64,000 bases of DNA from Hormiphora californensis. Taxonomy: Eukaryota > Animalia > Ctenophora. Below, piece after piece: positions 62,311 to 64,000 of the stretch. The translations under genes and the position numbers were made by a program. The notes beneath the pieces were generated by a model. That model did no database searches, was not told where the DNA came from, and was given only the letters and a program-made list of their open reading frames with translations. The stretch's first letter is position 1. Each line of letters begins with the position of its first letter. The stretch covers positions 7,316,001 through 7,380,000 of the forward strand of contig CM035355.1 of the NCBI GenBank assembly GCA_020137815.1, in the 5' to 3' direction.

Positions 62311-62899
62311 ATTTTAATGATCAATCATCACAATTAGAATTCATGGCAGCTGGTATTTTAGCCTGATTTAAGCCTGATTTGTAGTGTTAGTACACAATCA
62401 TTGCCTAATTAACACGCTGATTCTATCTTGATGTGTAATTGGGATCATCACTGCTTTATTATTTTATTATCAACGTTTTTTTGACTGATGAATCATTTGA
62501 ATGACAGGTCAATTTAAATTCTCGTAATTTGTATCTTGCGAAATTCTTTACACGTCAACTTTATATTCAAGTTTAATAATTATTACCATTACGTACCATG
62601 TCTCCACAATAACGAAATTAGGCGGAATTAGATAACCACAAAATATGAAGTGTTCGTAGATGTATAATAATTGATTCAAGGAGTGGCAAAATTTACCGCC
62701 TTGCATAATATCTTGGATCTAAATTTAGAATCATTTTTCGGTTGATTTATCTTTAAAAATGACCGTTTTAGGTAAATTTTCCTTTATTCTAGATTTTAGA
62801 ATTCTACATTCTTTTCTCAAAGAAAAAATGTGCTGACGTTTTTCTCTGCTCACTTTTCTCACCTCCATTCCCCAATTTAAATAGCTCAGCACTGCCCAA

Positions 62900-63710
62900 T
62901 AGGGTGTGCTATTTCAAATTTTTTTCGACTAGGCCATTCAGTATCTAGCTAATGTGAAACTATGGACAATTCTCTATCACATCAGCAAAACAGAATCGAG
63001 ATAGTGTTTGTCAGTTACGTTGGCATCGCGATTTAAAAAGTGTAGTTTTTAACCGAAAAATGGTAAAAACAGGGAAATATGTGTGGTTTTCACCAGTTTT
63101 TGACATGTTCTTGATATCAACTTTTTATGTTCAGGATCGTGTTCAGCACCTCGAAACTGACAAGAATTGATATGCATCATTAAATGATGCTAAAGTTCAT
63201 TTTTGACCTAAAAATGTTCATTTTTGACAAAAAATCTTCATTTTGGACATGTTCTTAAATTTTGAGAGCTTTTTCATGAACGGGATCGTGTTCCGCAGGC
63301 CAAAATTAGTCGATTACAACCGAAATTTGCTTTCCACCAAGAAAAAACTAAAAAAATTAAAATTCGTCCCCACGATTCTGCAAGTTGGTAAAATTAGCAA
63401 GAAAAAAAGAAAGAAAAATTTTTATTTTTGTTCATAAAGTGGATATCTGAAGACTCAAACTGAAAGTAACAGTTGTATAAGTTGTCACGAGACGATTTAT
63501 ATGTGTGTTTTGTTCGAAATCACGCCCTAAAACAGACTTTTTGAAATGAATATGCCCATATATGGGCATAGCTCGTGCCAACGTAATTGGGCCATGGTAG
63601 AGCCAAAACTTTGTGATAAAATGTTTTAGAATGATCGTAGGAGCTCATTTAACCCGATACCAAGTGAAATTTTGAATTAAATTAGGCATTTGAAAAAATA
63701 GCACACCCTA
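62900..63710. mobile_element. Non-autonomous TIR DNA transposon
   Basis: TIR TAGGGTGTGCTATTT / AAATAGCACACCCTA with flanking near-direct repeat CACTGCCCAA / CAGTGCCCAA. Confidence 0.85.
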
Positions 63711-64000
63711 CAGTGCCCAACCCCGAATCAGACTTTTTTTCTCTACCATTTACGCCATTGCATTCAATTTCAATTGATTCTCGACCCCCTCGAGGGGCTC
63801 ACACTATTTTTCTTAACCAATTTTGTGACCCTTTTCTTGGGGGGGTAATTTTAAAACTATTTACTATTTAAATTTGATTGGGTTTTCTCCCGACTTCAAT
63901 GATTTACACTTTTACAGAAGCCCCCAAATTCAAATTTACCCTCGTTTTCTAATAAATGCATTTATAGATGAAGGGGGAGAAAAAAAGACAATTGTGGATT

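Overview
Repeat-rich, intron-containing animal genomic DNA, most likely a ctenophore (Pleurobrachia-like, judged from a spliced-leader match recalled from memory). It is not prokaryotic. Four spliced genes lie head-to-tail on the minus strand: G-alpha12/13 (41850-31264), a GRIP-domain golgin GCC2-like gene (28621-14887), CCDC34-like (13885-12970) and VWA3B-like (12572 to beyond the left edge). An unidentified plus-strand gene starts at about 44231. Two small antisense genes are nested in introns: a secreted peptide precursor and an F-type lectin + Sushi protein. The introns carry many mobile elements: a non-coding LTR element with intact LTRs, PBS, PPT and TSD; three L2-group LINE copies; an RTEX-like LINE inside a (CA)n tract; an ORF1-only element; many MITEs; and a Helentron-like element. 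The main finding is the full-length LINE at 15448-20143, which begins exactly with a copy of the ctenophore spliced-leader exon and so looks like a retrotransposed trans-spliced mRNA. Its ORF2 has no ATG of its own and overlaps ORF1 in the -1 frame across a correctly phased A_AAA_AAC slippery site. Exon boundaries were read by eye, and some single-base indels may be assembly errors.
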